From assembly GCA_030390025.1 (NCBI GenBank), contig CM059432.1, positions 88,104,001 through 88,168,000 of the forward strand: a DNA stretch of 64,000 bases, written 5' to 3'. Source of the stretch: Squalus acanthias (taxonomy: Eukaryota). The stretch's first letter is position 1. Each line of letters starts with the position of its first letter. Both the position numbers and the translations under genes were made by a program. Shown here in pieces: positions 9,097 to 23,000 of this stretch. The notes beneath the pieces were generated by a model that was given only the letters and a program-made list of their open reading frames with translations, searched no databases and was not told the origin of the DNA.

Positions 9097-10520
9097 CATA
9101 GAATCATAGAATGATACAACACAGAAGGAGGTCATTTGGCCCATCGTGTCTGTGCTGGCTCTTTGGAAGAGCTAACAATTAGTCCCACTCCCTGCTCTTT
9201 CCCCAAGGGACTGCAATTTTTTACCCTTCTTGTATTTATCCAATTCCCTTTTGAAAGTTACTACTGAATTTACTTCCATCACACTTTCAGGCAGAGCATT
9301 CAAGATCATAACAATTTACTGAGTAAAAAATATTTTTACACAAGTCGCCTCTGGTTCTTTTGCCAATTACTTTAAATCTGTGTCCTCTGCGACCCTTCTG
9401 CCACTGGAAACATATTCTCCTTATTTACCCTTCATGGTGTTGAGCACCTCTATCAAATCTCCCCTTAACCTTCTCCAAGAAGAACAACCCCTGTTTCTCC
9501 ACGTAACTGAAGTCTTTCATCCCTGGTACCATTCCAGTAAATCTCCTCTCTAAGGCCTTGACATCCTTTCTAAAGTGTGGTGCCCAGAATTGGACACACT
9601 ACTCCAGCTGGGGCCTAACCAGTGTATTGTAAAGGTTTAGCATAACTTCCTTGCTTTTGTACTCTATGGGCTGGATTTTCAATGACCTGTGGAGTCGGGT
9701 TTGGAGGCGTGTGGGGGGTTAAAGTTGCGGGGTCGGGGGTCCCGACTCCATCCCGCCTCCATGCAATTTTGACAAAATCAGTCACGGAGTTCCCGACTCC
9801 GTCCCGCCTCCAAGAGGCGGGAGAGGCCATTAAAGCCCTTAACAACTCCTAAATTGGCTCTGTAATGCCATTTTGAAACGTTTTAGCTAGTTTAACCCTT
9901 TTCAGACGTGAAGTACACCTGATGTGAAACACTCCAGTGAAACCTGGCGGAAGCACAAGTGGATAGTTGAATATCAGCTGCAGGTCCACTATTACAACGG
10001 AGAGGTAATGAAGGTAGTAGTAGTATTGTGATGGGTAGTAGTATTAGGTCTGAAAGTCGCCTCTGATGCTGCTGCATTGTCTTCAGAGACTGCCTGGCCT
10101 TGCTGTGAGAGGCCCTCGATGAAAAAAACTCTCTCTCTCTGTCCACTCACAGCAAAGGCCAGGCAATCTCTGAGACCAGGCAGCCTGCAATGATGACATC
10201 ATCAGAGGCGACTTTCCCACTGAAACCACTAATTGGTTCATGGGTTCCCACTTGCTGGAACTCAATTGCCCAATTAAGTGAAAATTGCATCATTCATCCA
10301 CATTATTCTGGATTCGGGGGGACAACACGAAATGCGGGTAACACGACCCCAACCCGACCCCAAGACAAAATCCAGCCTATGCCTCTATTTATAAAGCCAA
10401 GGATCTCATATGCCTTTTTAACAGCCTTCTCAACTTGTCCAGCCATCTTCAAAGACTTGTGTACACCCCAGGTCTCTGTTCCTGCACCCCCTTTAAAATT
10501 GTACCATTTAGTTTATATTA
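9097..10520 (-). mobile_element. CR1 LINE 3' fragment split by a MITE
   Basis: CATAGAAT tail repeats at 9097; CR1 sequence resumes after 10377. Confidence 0.8.
9668..10377. mobile_element. Harbinger-like MITE
   Basis: Ends GGGCTGGATTTT / AAAATCCAGCC, flanked by TAT duplication inside a CR1. Confidence 0.75.
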
Positions 10521-10773
10521 GTTTCAATAACTCCTACAATACAAATTCTTAGTCGGGTGGTGTGACTGTTTCAGCTGAGATAGTGATCTGGCAAGTGGGA
10601 AATGCTAGCGAGAGAGCCCTTGTACAGTTTTATCCACTGCTGTTGGACAATGCAAGGCCATTTGTCCAAAGGGCACAAATGGGCAATGTGATGTAATGCA
10701 TGAGACCGCATCAAAAAGAAGGCTCAGGAGGTGTTTGATACAGGTGTGGCACATCTTTTGGCCGGGATGCCAT

Positions 10774-11644
10774 GGGCTGGATTTTACTTTTCGATGCGGC
10801 TTGGGGGCGGGACAGCTGCCTTCCGGGTTCCGATCCCGCCCCCAACGACGTCTGACGCACAGACGCTATTTTGCGTCAATTGGCCTTGTTAAGCCCGCCC
10901 TGCGGGCTTGCCGGCCAATTAAGAGAAAGCCAGTGTCAGATGACGTCAGTTGATGAAGTGTCATCTGCCGGTTTTCTTAAAGGGGCCACACACAATTTTT
11001 TTTGACAGGTGATTTTTCAGTGTTTGACAGCATTGAGGTGCTGCAAACACTGACAATCACTGTACAAAGGTGAGCTCTTGCACCCAGGCTCTCCAGTGAC
11101 TCTCTCCTTAGGCTAGAACAGATGGCAGCTGCAGGTGAGGTTACAGAAGCGATCTGTCACTGGTGAGAGAGGTTCTCCCAATGAGGTGGGACTACACAAA
11201 CACTTCAAAACTTGTTACGTACAGAAAAGTCTAAATACGTTAAAAATGATTTTCCCAACATTTTCTTACCTCTGAAACTCACCAGTGTACCATTGGATCC
11301 TTCACAGCAGTTCTGCAGCTGTCATCAATGAAGAGACATTACAGTAGACCCACAGCACGCCACACTTACCCTGGCGTGGTGTCCGGATGTCGGGAAGCCC
11401 GCAGTAGACCTGTCAAAAAAAGCCTCTTAACTGCCTGTTAACAACCTGTTAACAAGCAGTTAAGTGGCTATAATCCTCTTCCCGCCGTTATGTGTCGGGT
11501 CCATGCGCAAATCGGGGACCCGACACTCGGAAAGATTGTTTGGAGGCGGCTTGACAGCGGGTTCGGGACCTGCTGTCAATCTTTGCAATTTTGCCACCGG
11601 TCCCGCCTCCAAACCTGCCCCCTGAGCGCCGACAAAATTCCCCC
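10774..11644. mobile_element. Harbinger-like MITE
   Basis: GGGCTGGATTTT ... AAAATTCCCCC imperfect TIRs, CAT duplication. Confidence 0.65.
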
Positions 11645-12184
11645 CATATATCTGTGGATGCAATGAGGTGGGACACAAAGCAATTGATTATGCCCCAGTC
11701 CCTCTATCAGACCAACAATCAGGGAGACTGAGTGACTTGTAAAATGTGAGACTGCTGATTATGCAGTGATCCCAGATAAAGGGAAACTGCTGCCTCGTGA
11801 ACAAGTGGCCAATGAAGGCTTGACGCTAGTATAACCACAGCTGGGACTCATTGATGGATATATAATGGCAGAATTGCCTGCATTCGTGTTTTTTTTTGAG
11901 GAATGTAGATATACCCCTGGACGAGGGGTGGCTACGTGGATGGGTGTGACAGAAATAGGATTTTCAGCATTGGTGCCACTTGAACGTTTGATTGAAAATG
12001 TCTTGGGTGCTGAGGGAGTTAGGCCAAACTTTCTGAACGGGGCGAAGAGTAGGTGCTGGGAAAAGGAGCGAATCCTGTGCAGCCAGCCAGTGCAGCCAGC
12101 CGGTGCAGATGCTAATGACATTCTGTGGGTGTATCACCTGAAGACTTTGTGATATTTAGCACAACACTCCAAGTGCAGATGTGC

Positions 12185-13085
12185 TAGAGACTTCTATGGT
12201 ACTGTTCAATGGTCCTAGCAATGCAATCTAAATCCCTGTTTGCTTTCTCTACAGCCACCTGATATTGCTTGGGTATCTTTAACAAATGATCAACTACTAC
12301 GCTAAGTCTCTTGCTTAATCTGTTACCTTTAACAAGTATCCCTGCACAGAGTTTCATAAGCAAGTGCAATACACTGCGATTATCCACATGAAATGTCAAC
12401 TGCTGTTCAGCTAACCTATCTAAATTGGCCTGCAGCTTATTAATTTGGTCTGAATTAGTAACACAATGCACAATTTTGGAGCATCTAATTTAAGAATGGT
12501 TCTATTTAAGCCCTCTTCTAGATGATACAGAGCCCTGTCATACTCCACTTATAACTGGGCACCATTCAAATCCACTCCCATTTAATAATCCTCTGCTTAC
12601 ATGATACTTATCCAGCATAATAGATGTCTTATGAGAACTACCTTTCCTAATAGCCAATGGTCTGTGTTGTATTTCATCAAACATTTTTGGACGTCGAGGA
12701 ATATATAATTAACCGAACCATCTTCATCCACCATTCTTGTCACTTCTGCAAAGAACACAATCAAGTCAGTGAGGCATGACCCTTATTTCCTAAAGCTATG
12801 TTATGTATTTGTAATAAACCCTAAACTCTCCCATTGATTATATATCACACCCAGCATCATGCTTTCCTACAGCTTCTCTATGACCGAAGTCAAACTCGCA
12901 AACCTATCATTTTCAAATCTGATTTCTTCACTTTGTTAAATAAAGGGACCACATGAGATTCCCCCAATTTATGGGAACCAACCTAGACCCCAATGAGCTG
13001 TTGAATATATGAGCTAGTGGCTCGTTAATGACCTCACCCATTTCCCTGAGCATTGAGGAGTAAATGGTATCGGTCCTGCAGCACT
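12185..13085 (-). mobile_element. old degraded CR1-like LINE RT fragment
   Basis: Remnant peptides LQANLDRL, AVEKANRDLDCIARTI. Confidence 0.6.
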
Positions 13086-13090
13086 ATCAA

Positions 13091-14000
13091 TTTTTTTTAT
13101 TCATTCCTGGGATGTGGGCATCGCTGCCAAGGCCAGCATTTATTGCCCATCCCTAATTGCCCTTGAGAAGGTGGTGGTGAGCCGCCTTCTTGAACCGCTG
13201 CAGTCTATGTGGTGAAGGTACTCCCACAGTGCTGTTAGGTTGGGAGTTCCAGGATTTTGACCCAGCAACGATAAAGGAATGACGATATATTTCCAAGTCA
13301 GGATGGTGTGTGACTTGGAGGGGAACTTGGAGGTGGTGGTGTTCCCATGCACCTGCTGCCCTTGTCCTTCTAGGTGGTAGAAGTCATGGGTTTGGGAGGT
13401 ACTGCCGAAGAAGCCTTGGCGAGTTGCTGCAGTGCATCTTGTAGATGGTACACACTGCAGCCACGGTGCGCCAGTGGTGGAGGTAGTGAATGTTTAAGGT
13501 GGTGTATTGGGTGCCAATCAAGTGGGCTGCTTTGTCCTGGATGGTGTCGAACGTCTTGAGTGTTGTTGGAGCTGCACTCATCCAGGCTAGTGGAGAGTAT
13601 TCCATCACACTCCTGACTTGTGCCTTGTAGATGGTAGAGAGACTTTGGGGCGTCAGGAGGTGAGACACTCGCCGCAGAATACCCAGCCTCTGAACTGCTC
13701 TTGTAACCACAGCATTTATGTGGCTGATCCAATTAAGTTTCTGATCAATGGTGACCCCCCCAGGATGTTGATGATAGGGGATTCGGCGATGGTAGTGGCT
13801 TTGAATGTCAAGCAACGGTGGTTAAACTCCCCCTTGTTGGAGATAGTCATTGTCTGGCATTTGTGTGGCGTGAATGTTACTTGCCACTTATCAGCCCAAG
13901 CCTGAATGTTGTCCAGGTCTTGCTGTATGCGGGCACGGAATGTTTCATTATCTGAGGAGTTGCGAATAGAACTGAACATTGTGCAATCGTCAGTGAACAT
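13091..14000 (-). mobile_element. LINE family B 3' fragment (CR1-group RT)
   Basis: FTDDCT, GVTIDQKLNW, YKAQVRSVMEYS; tail CAAGGGCAATTAGGGATGGGCAATAAATG plus A-rich end. Confidence 0.88.
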
Positions 14001-14775
14001 TTGAAATGCATTGATCTTGGCGAAAACTAGTTCTGCAGTTAGAGCTATTGAAGAAATGTTGCTATGCACCTATCCTCTACTGCCGGGACTGTGTAATCTT
14101 CCTCAGATGTAGCGCCGATGATGTCATTGGACTGTAACTTTTCAATGTAAAGAAGGCCCCCATTTATAGGGGCAGGCAGCTTTCCCATGCTGAGCTGCCT
14201 GAATTCAGGTAAGTAAAGGTGTTGTGGCCAGGACTGCGGTGCGACTCCTCCCCCAACATCTTAACTCCTCCCCTGCACCATTCCTGCTGGGCGGGGTTAT
14301 TAAAATCTACCCCATTATTTCTGCTTGGTATCTTTCCTCCTTCTACTTCTTCCTTATTCTTTCCTTCACTATTCTCATTCTTAGCTCCTCCCCCATTGTG
14401 CTATCCTACCTCCATTACTGTACCACAGCTTTATTTATTCTTGGTGTCATGATATTGGTGCCAGGTCAGCTCAGCTGGAGTCTGTCCATCTGGTGCAGCA
14501 TCCCTTGTTTCAAAACTGTGCCCAATACCTCGCAAATTTTAAACCCTCCCTTCATACAAATCACTTGCAACCACATGTTCAGCTGACGAATTTTCACGTC
14601 TGCCTGCCTTAGCTTATGGCACTGATAGTACTCCTGAGAACACTAGCCTTTAGGTTTTGCTCCTCAGCTTTTTTATGAGCTTCTCATATTCTCATGGAAC
14701 TTTAGCCCCTTTATTGGTAAAAAGCTTCCTTTATTTTCTCTTGCCCCCGCTATACACATAGGTTGAAGAAATGTG

Positions 14776-15591
14776 AGCCTAGAAATTCGGCCCATTTAAG
14801 TAGGAAGAGCATGCTCATCATCATCCAGAAGTGCGCAGACTGCCATATTGGTAAAGGTGAAAAATTGGCGTGCGGTGCCCACGCCTAAAATAGACATTTA
14901 CCTTTTGCATATTCAAATAAGGGGCCTAATTCCTGTTTGAGGTCCCCACTGCAAGATTGGTTTGCTCTGAGGCAGCTGGCGCCGGCGACAGCTACAATTA
15001 GGAAAACCAGGCCTATACCCGGCCTAGCAGGCGGTCCTTAAAGGGACTGCCTGTCAGGCCGCAACCAATAAGGTAAGTTTTTAAACTATACTTACCTGAA
15101 TTTGGAGCCCAGAGGAGCAGGAATGTCCCTCCCAACCTCATATAAAAGGAACACGGGTTGCTGTTGCTCCGGCTATCGATCTCCCACCTCCACCATGGCT
15201 ATCGATTCCCTTCATCTCACTTACCGATGCCCCCCCAGCTATTAATTCCCCCCCAGCTATAAATTTCTCCCCCAAACACCTCTACATCCCCCTGACCTGG
15301 CTACCGATCCTTCCCCGGCCACCAATTGCCCCCCTCGGCTACCGATCCCCTTGGCCAACAATTGCCCCAACCAGCCACCGATTGCCATCCACGGGTAGCC
15401 CCTCTTCCTACTAACCTGAGGGCACCTGCAATGCTGGCAACAGCCGTATCTTCAAACACGCTTTGCCTCTTACTCTCCGCAGCTCGCCCACTTCATGGAA
15501 ATGACCCCAAGGTCCAATATTGAGAGCGTCTCGGGCCTCACCATTCAGGCATAGGGATTGTACCCTGCATGCTTAAACGCCCAAATTTCTA
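14776..15591. mobile_element. Harbinger-like MITE with internal GGCTA(T/C)CGAT minisatellite
   Basis: TAGAAATTCGG ... CCAAATTTCTA ends; degenerate tandem units about 15170-15390. Confidence 0.55.
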
Positions 15592-15935
15592 ATACAATAT
15601 GGATGGGTTGCACTTCAACAGGGCTGGGACCAATGTCCTTGCAGGGAGGTTAACGAGTGATGCGGGGGAGAGTTTAAACTAATTTGGCAGGGGGAGGGGC
15701 ACAACAACAGGGGGAGAGAAAAACAACATTCGAATAAAGAGTAGTTTTGAAATAGGAGGGAATAGACAGTGGAGAAATGAGAGGCGGACTAAGGTGGGTT
15801 TGGAGTGCATGTCTGTAAATGCACGGAGGGTGGTAGATAAGGTCAGTGAGCTGCAGACACAAGTAGCCGCATGAGATTATGATATATTGGCAATAACGGA
15901 GAACTGGCTCAAACAAGGGGAGGATTGGGAACTGA
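15592..15935 (+). mobile_element. CR1 ORF1 end / endonuclease start fragment
   Basis: DGLHFN, VNARRV.DKVSEL, DILAITENW motifs. Confidence 0.7.
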
Positions 15936-17721
15936 GGGCTAGAAATTCAGTTGTGTAGTGCCTGTTGTTTGGGTGCTACAGGTGCCAAATTGTGACCAAA
16001 TAGGTATCCAAGCAGCACGCACACTTCTGGTGTGGACCGTGCCGGACGCCCTCTTGATGAGGGCTGTAGGGCGGCTCTTAGATGTGTGCGCTGGAAGTAT
16101 TGTTAGTAGGCAGAGCGTGACGTCAATCAGCGTGCAACGCTGATTTGATGCCAGCGCTGCCATTTTCGTTGTCATCGATGGAGCTAACAGCCTCTCTTAA
16201 CCTTGCACAGCTGAACATGCATTTAGCAACAGGAAGGACCCACTACCAGCGATATTTAAAGGGATCATCAACAACTTTCAGGTAACTTGCTTTTTGATTT
16301 TTACTGGCTCTGGGCAAGTTTGTGGAAGTGTTTGCAGCTTTCTAAAGTTATTTAAAGTTGGTGAGGTGACAGGGAATAGTGTTGCAAGTGGAGAAGGCCT
16401 TGGTACTGACTTCAAGGGTGAGAAATTTGTTTTAGTCAGCAAAGTTGCCGGTATCACTGGCAACTGGAGTTAACGGCCACTGAAAATGATCGTAATGCTA
16501 ACGGAGCAAAATAGATCTGAGTGAATGGAGATTGTTGGCGCAGCACTTGCCTGCCATGCACGCCGTCCTGGTGGTGTTACTGGAGGCATCCGAGGCGATG
16601 TTTGTGTGCAGGAGCGACGTGCAGCTTACCACAGCCTCTGGGAGCGAGGCTGTGGAGCTCGCCAGGAATTGTGGGTAATGAAGAGGTCTGAGAATTAAAG
16701 GGGCCATGCACACTGAAGAAATACAATTTAAAATGAAGTGATCAATGCAGTTTTCAGCCCTTTCTGCCTTTTAAAAAATATTTATCACTGAAAAGAAGTC
16801 CCAAATGTGAATATACAGCTCTTAAAGCTGAATTCCCGTCCTAACCTCAACAAATGGGAAAAATGCCTCAGCACTGACACAAATGGTTCAGCAAGCCAGG
16901 GAAGGGGCACCCAGGGTCTCACGCAGCACTCCAGCTTTGTGCAGGGGGTCAACACTGCAAGAGAGGTTCTCTACCCACAGGGGCCAGGCGGCCCTACAGA
17001 AAGAATGATGTGGGACCAGATCTCCGAGGCTGTCACTGCCAGCAGTGTCACCCCCACCACCTGGCTCCAGTGCCCAAAGAAGCTTCATGACCTCAGATCA
17101 CTGGTCAAGGTCAGTGAATGCATCTTCAAAAGCCGTCTCCTACCAACTGCACCACTAGCCTCACACACTGCTGAATGCATGACTCCCACCCCAATCACTC
17201 ACCGACCAAAAATCTGCTCCAATCACGAGGCACATCTCCCATTCCTAGCCTCACCTCACCCCTTGGAAGGGACAGTATTCCTGACAGGGGCATGGCTGAG
17301 CCCTTGGCCAGTGGCGGGGCTGAAAGGATAAAACATGCTGGTATCCTCCTCATGCTTTCCTGCCCTCCCCTCACCAAAACTCCACACTTGTGCCTTCCTC
17401 ATTTCAAATACCCGAGAAATGCAGCCTGCCCAGCTAGTGGGTTAAAAGAAGAGGCAGAGGAGAGTGAAAGAGAACAAGAAGAAGAAGATTGATTTGACAC
17501 TCCCAGCCACCAGCTCCTCAAGGTTGACCAGCAAAGCCATTTGCAGTGTCCCCACTGAAAGTCAGCAGCCTTCCACCAGCCATGCTGCAGCCAGTGGGGT
17601 AGCACTGCATGACCTCAGTAGGGTAGGCAAAGACTCACACAAGACAGTCACTAAGAGAATGTATAAGGGTGATGAGTTCATTTCTTGACGTCATATTAGA
17701 TGGATAGACGTATATAAGTGG

Positions 17722-19352
17722 TGTAGAGTTTCGCAATTATCGCGATTCAAAATAACATGAGAGAAGCAGATTCATTTGATCAGTTTTATTAAACGAAATG
17801 CTGTCCTGATAATAAAGGACACAGAAGCCTGTAAAATGGCCGCCACGCATCGTGGCAGAAGCTTCCAGAAACACAGTGGGCAGACAAGATGGCGTCGAAT
17901 ATACATTCAGTATGAGATTGGATCATACTCGGTAAACATTGATAAAGACAGGATGCAACCCGTTTGCATTGTGAACAATAGCAATGATATAAGTGCTGGA
18001 ATCGTTTTCCTATGCACAGTAAGGATCATTGAACTGGGCAATCGAAGGCCCATCCAGACACATCAATACACAAATACCCCCCCGGCTCTACAATGAGAGA
18101 GACATTGACGGGTGATTAAGCAAGTATTCGGGGGGCCCCAAAACCAGTCGAGGAGACGATTCATACACATCCTGGCTGGCTCTACAATGGGGAAAACATT
18201 AACGGATAGTTGGCCAGTTTCAGGTGCTACCGAAACCCGTTAAGAAGAGAATCGCCCCATGCTGGGAGTTTTGAGCGCCAATATTACACAAAGGATAAAC
18301 ATTAAGATTTGAGCGGGAGATAAAGCGGACACATCACTATAACTATAGAGAACAAATGTCCATCGCTCTCTTATTCGCTTGCCTCTTGCTGAACTCACTT
18401 GACTTGTGGGCTCTTGAGTTTCTCTGGACTTTGTTGACTCTTGACTCTTAGCCGTACTGGTCGGTTATTCGAGTGTTGGGTGGAGCTCAATCGGTACGAG
18501 CCGCCCCGACAAGGGCAAGTAACAGGGTACACCATCCCGAGTGTCGGTAAACGGTGTCTGGACCCGGAGGCCCGAGGAGACGAGACGAGAAGAAGACGAG
18601 AAGAAGACGAGAAGAAATTCCACGTGCCGCCACGGTCAGTAAACCCTGACTGCACCCGAAAATATAAGTACAGAACTCTTCTTTGAGTTCTACAGACTTC
18701 TACCTGTACCGCAACACAGGAAGACTCTTCTTTGAATTTTACAACATTTTGAGTTCCATCGATTTCTTCATGACAACAGAGAGTCTGGCCTGCTTTTTGC
18801 AGCAGCGAAAGTAAACAAGTGGGGTGCAGAAACCCTTCCAAACACGTGACAGTCAGACGCTGCAGCGAAACGAGCTGAGTGCCTCACTTTAAAAATCTCC
18901 GAAGTAACACGAGTGGTGAGCATGTTTTCCGATCCTACAAATCCAGACGTAGTTTAGGTATTGTTAAGGGAGGGTGGTTTTAATAAGGTTAAGGTATAAT
19001 GTGTTCCCCTTTTTACGATGTGCCGTGTGTTCTCCATTTCCATAGACCAAGCTTTATGAATGTATGTATACTTGTACTCTCTTTGATTTGCGCCTATGAC
19101 ATGTATTTCATGATTTTAGACGCCATGCAATAAAGATTTTCATTTCGTGCTATTCACCGGGTCTATTTGAGTTTTTCTCTGCATTACTGCTCCTTGCATC
19201 TAAGTCCAGGTGTCAGAACCGTAAGAGCGAGTGGGTCGAACCACTCACAGGTGCTTATTGCAAAAGGCTGGCTGGAGACCAGAGCAAGCAATAGTATAGG
19301 CAATGAAGGCCTAACCTCGCACCAGCACCGTCTGAGACACGTCCCCCTTACA
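17722..19352 (+). repeat. solo LTR related to the env-element LTR
   Basis: TGTAG...CTTACA, 4-bp TSD GTGG (17718-17721 / 19353-19356), colinear with 4476-6113. Confidence 0.93.
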
Positions 19353-19674
19353 GTGGATTGGAAAGTTTGCTTTGTGGTGGCTTTTATTTCAGTATCATGG
19401 CCAAGAGGATGTTGTGATGGTCAGTAACAGATGGAAGGTAAGGTGTGGGACTAATGTTGAAAGGGGAATTGGGGTTGTGGTCACTGGGACCGCAGGTGGA
19501 TGATTCCATCCCGGATATCCCGACCAGAAAGGGGCTGTCTGGAATGCATCCTTCAGTCTGCTTCCTCTTCTTCTGCTTCCTCCTCTTCTGCTTCCTCCTC
19601 TTCCTTCCCTGCGGCTTCCTCCTCTTCTGTGTCTTTCTCTTCACTCTGCAAGTGGATGCTGTAAATGTGAAATG

Positions 19675-19793
19675 ACAGCATAAAATGCTGGAAATACTCA
19701 GCTGGTCAGGCAGCATCTCAATCTGAAATGTGAAATCTGTTTTTCTCTCCACAGATGTTGCCTGACCTGCTGAGTATTTGCAGCATGTTCTGT
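19675..19793. repeat. short inverted-repeat element (Penelope-like remnant)
   Basis: TGCTGGAAATACTCAGCTGGTCAGGCAGCATCT ... AGATGTTGCCTGACCTGCTGAGTATTTGCAGCA imperfect arms. Confidence 0.55.
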
Positions 19794-20079
19794 CTTCTCA
19801 AAGGCCTTCATTTACCATCCAAGCCCTTGCAAGCATCCAGCAGCACTCCCTACACACTTAAAAACTTTTCACATCTATTGCAGCAAGCCACCAGGTTCAA
19901 TAAAATCATAATAACCCAGTACAAAACCGTAAATCCAAACTTGCCTGAACGATGTGTCTGTCCCTTTTAACCTGGCATGCTTAGGACCCAGCGCTGAAGC
20001 GCTAGGGTCGAAGTTCATGCCATTTAATGGTGCTACGGAATGATGCTAAGGCCATGAATTTCTAGCCCCAAGGGTTCTG

Positions 20080-23000
20080 GTCAGATCACTTGCTCCTGGT
20101 CATGGATGCTCGAGTTTTCATCTCCCTTGGCCTGCAGCATGACATGGAGATGGAGCAAAGGCAGCAAAAAGAGGACAAGCTGCTCGCAGTGGGAGGAGGA
20201 GGAGAAGGGCTTCCAGCAGGAGACCTTACCCACCTAGGGTCTTCCAAGAGCAATTCTCTTACCTCAGCCTGAGCCTGGAGCAGTGTGTGAGATGTCTGTG
20301 CTTTACGAAGGAGGTACTCACAGAACTCTGCCACATTTTACAACCAGACCTGCAGCCTCATTCCAGGGCAAGGACAGCACTGCCAGTGGCTGTGAAGGAG
20401 ACTGTGGCCCTGAAATTCTTCTTGTTGGGATCCTTTCAGGTTGGAGCAGGCAACATCAGTAACATCTCCCAGTTCACCGTCCACTGCTGCATAAGAGAGT
20501 TGACAGAAGCTCTATATGTCAGGAGAGAGAAGCAGGCGGAGCATGCACGTGGCTTTGCCTTGATAGCGGTATTCCCCATGGTGCAGGACACCATTGGTTC
20601 CACGCAAGTGGCTTTGCAGGCACCACATCTAAATGCTGAGATGTACCACACTCGCTGAATGTGCAGTTGGCGTGCGAGCATGCTCAGCACATCATGATGG
20701 TGAATGCTCAGCATCCTGGCAGCAGTCATGATGCTTTTATTCGACACCAGTCCACTGTTCCCACCGTGAGCCACCATGACAAACCAAAGTTTGCCTACTG
20801 GGCAACAAGGGCTATCCTTTGACCACCTGGCTTGTGATTCCGCTCTGCAACCCAACCACAAGTGGCCAGCATGCATACAACAAGAGCCATGCTGCCACAT
20901 GAAACATCATAAAGCAAACCATTTGGCTGCTGAAGCAACGGTTCCGCTGCCTGGACCGCTCTGGAGGAGCCCTACATTACTCACCGGAGCGTGTGTCCTG
21001 ATTCGTGGTGGTCTGCTGTATCCTCCAAAGCCTGGCCATCATGAGGGCACAGCCCTTGTCAACAGGGTTATGGCCACCAGTTCAGAAGTAGGAGGAGGAG
21101 CAAGAGGAAGAGAAGAGCAGAAGAGGAGGAGGAAGCGGAAGGATGATTGCAACCCAGACAACTCCTTTCTGGCCAGAATATCTGGGATTAAATCATCTGC
21201 CTGCGGTACCAGTGAACGTAATGCCAATTCCCCATTCAACATTAGTTCCACACCTTCCCTTCCTCTGTTACTGACCATCACATCGTCCTCTTGGCAGCAA
21301 TGCTAAAATAAAAGCCACCACAAAGCAAACATTCCAATCAAACTTTATCCATCTATCCAGCCAATATTACATCAAAAAATCAACTGATCACGGTTGTGCA
21401 TTCCCTTAGTGATTGTGTTGCGTGTGCCTTTGGCTATCCTAGTGCTCCTACGTGGTGCTACCCCAGTGGCTGCAGCATAGCTGGTGGAAGGCTGCTGACT
21501 TTCAGTGGGGGAGACTGCAGATGGCCTTGCAGGACGACCTCGGGCAGCTCTGGGCCTAGTAGGCCCGGCTTTGGACTGCACCACCTCGGCATGGGCGGCA
21601 GCAGTCTGGGTTAGCTGGCTGACAGGCAACAGCAAGGGCACTGGCAGAGTGATAGTAGTGGGAGTAGGAATGCTGTCATCCTGAGAGAGGACAGCAGGTT
21701 CTTCCTCCACAGATAAATTGCCACTCCCGCAGGGTAGAGCCTCAGAAATCCTAGTAATCTGCTGGAGTACAGACTGATGGACTGTTGTGACATCCTGCAA
21801 CATTCTGCAAGCCCCTTTCCACACTGGTAAACCTAGCCATGATGGCAGCAGTCTGTGCTTGCATGACTTCAGTTTGAGCTTCGATTGCAGCACTCAGACA
21901 CAGGGTGGCTTGTGCTTGTGCTGCAATGGAAGCTGAGACTTCGGCCATCAGACACGGCACGATGGTTGGGTCCACAAGTGCGTTAATGGATCTGCCCACA
22001 CCTTCCACATTGGAAACAATGGGCTCCAAGCTCTGCCCAAAGCCCTGTGCAATGTTGGAGTTGGTCTCCTCCATGCTCCTTGACATGGCATGCAGGCTTT
22101 CTGGCAGGCCTGCCAATAAACCAAGCATTTAATTGTGCATACCCATCAGCGATCTTCTGTAGGTCGCCCCATTGAAGTATTCACCTGCGTCCTGTGCAGC
22201 AGAACTCGTGTGTGAGACCTCACCTTCTGAGGAGCTAGCACCTGAGCTACCCTTTTCTCCTGCCCTGGCTGCAGGCCACTCATGCCCGGTGTCTCACCAC
22301 GTACAGATCTCATGTCAAACTTATCCTCTAAAGTCCATGCAGTGAGTCAGTATCTGAGCTGGTGGCTGGGAGTATGAAATCAAGTGACATTGTTTCTTCT
22401 TCTTCTTCACTCTCCTCTCCCTCATCTTGTTCAACCACTGGCTGGGAAGGCTGGATTTCTTGGTTGTCTGAAATGAGAAAGGCACAAGGGTAGGGTTGTT
22501 GTGAGGAGTGGGGTGGGGGGGGAGGGGAAGCAAGAGGTGCATGCTTACACCATGTGCAGCTTGTAAATCAGAAGAGATTGTGAGATGAGCCGGAAGTAGG
22601 ATGTGAGAAGAAGGATAACATATGAGGATACCGGCATCTTGTATTCTTTCAGCCCCTCCGCTGTCCACAGGCTCAGCCATGCCCCTGCCAAGAATGCCCA
22701 GCACCGTCTCCTCCATGGGGGTGAGGTCATGCAGATGAGCCTGTGCCCTGCTGGTTAAGGTCTGCTGGCCACCTTTTCCTGAAAGAGAAAGGGAAGTGTG
22801 TCAGTGAGTGTGGTGTAATGTGTTTGGGTGATATGGTTGTCATGTTTGAATAGCTGACAGTGTGTTCAAGCTGTGAGATGTGGGTGTGAGGCTTGCAGCA
22901 GTGGTAATGTAAGGTTTCCAAAATTTACAGATCCCCAAAACCTAAGGAAAAAGGACTTTGGAACTAGCACAGAGTGATAATATAGTATTTGAGCCTAACC

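Larger units (their letters stand above)
15936..20068 (+). mobile_element. composite non-autonomous Harbinger element
   Basis: Perfect 14-bp TIRs GGGCTAGAAATTCA (15936) / TGAATTTCTAGCCC (20055-20068); Myb remnant 16807-17331; contains a solo LTR. Confidence 0.75.

Noticed and set aside
11759..12152. Two overlapping 95-120 aa ORFs in non-repeat DNA
   Set aside because: No recognisable domain or convincing splice sites
20287..21050. Possible domesticated HARBI1/NAIF1 genes
   Set aside because: Multiple stops and frameshifts, several copies in the window and TE context indicate transposon fossils
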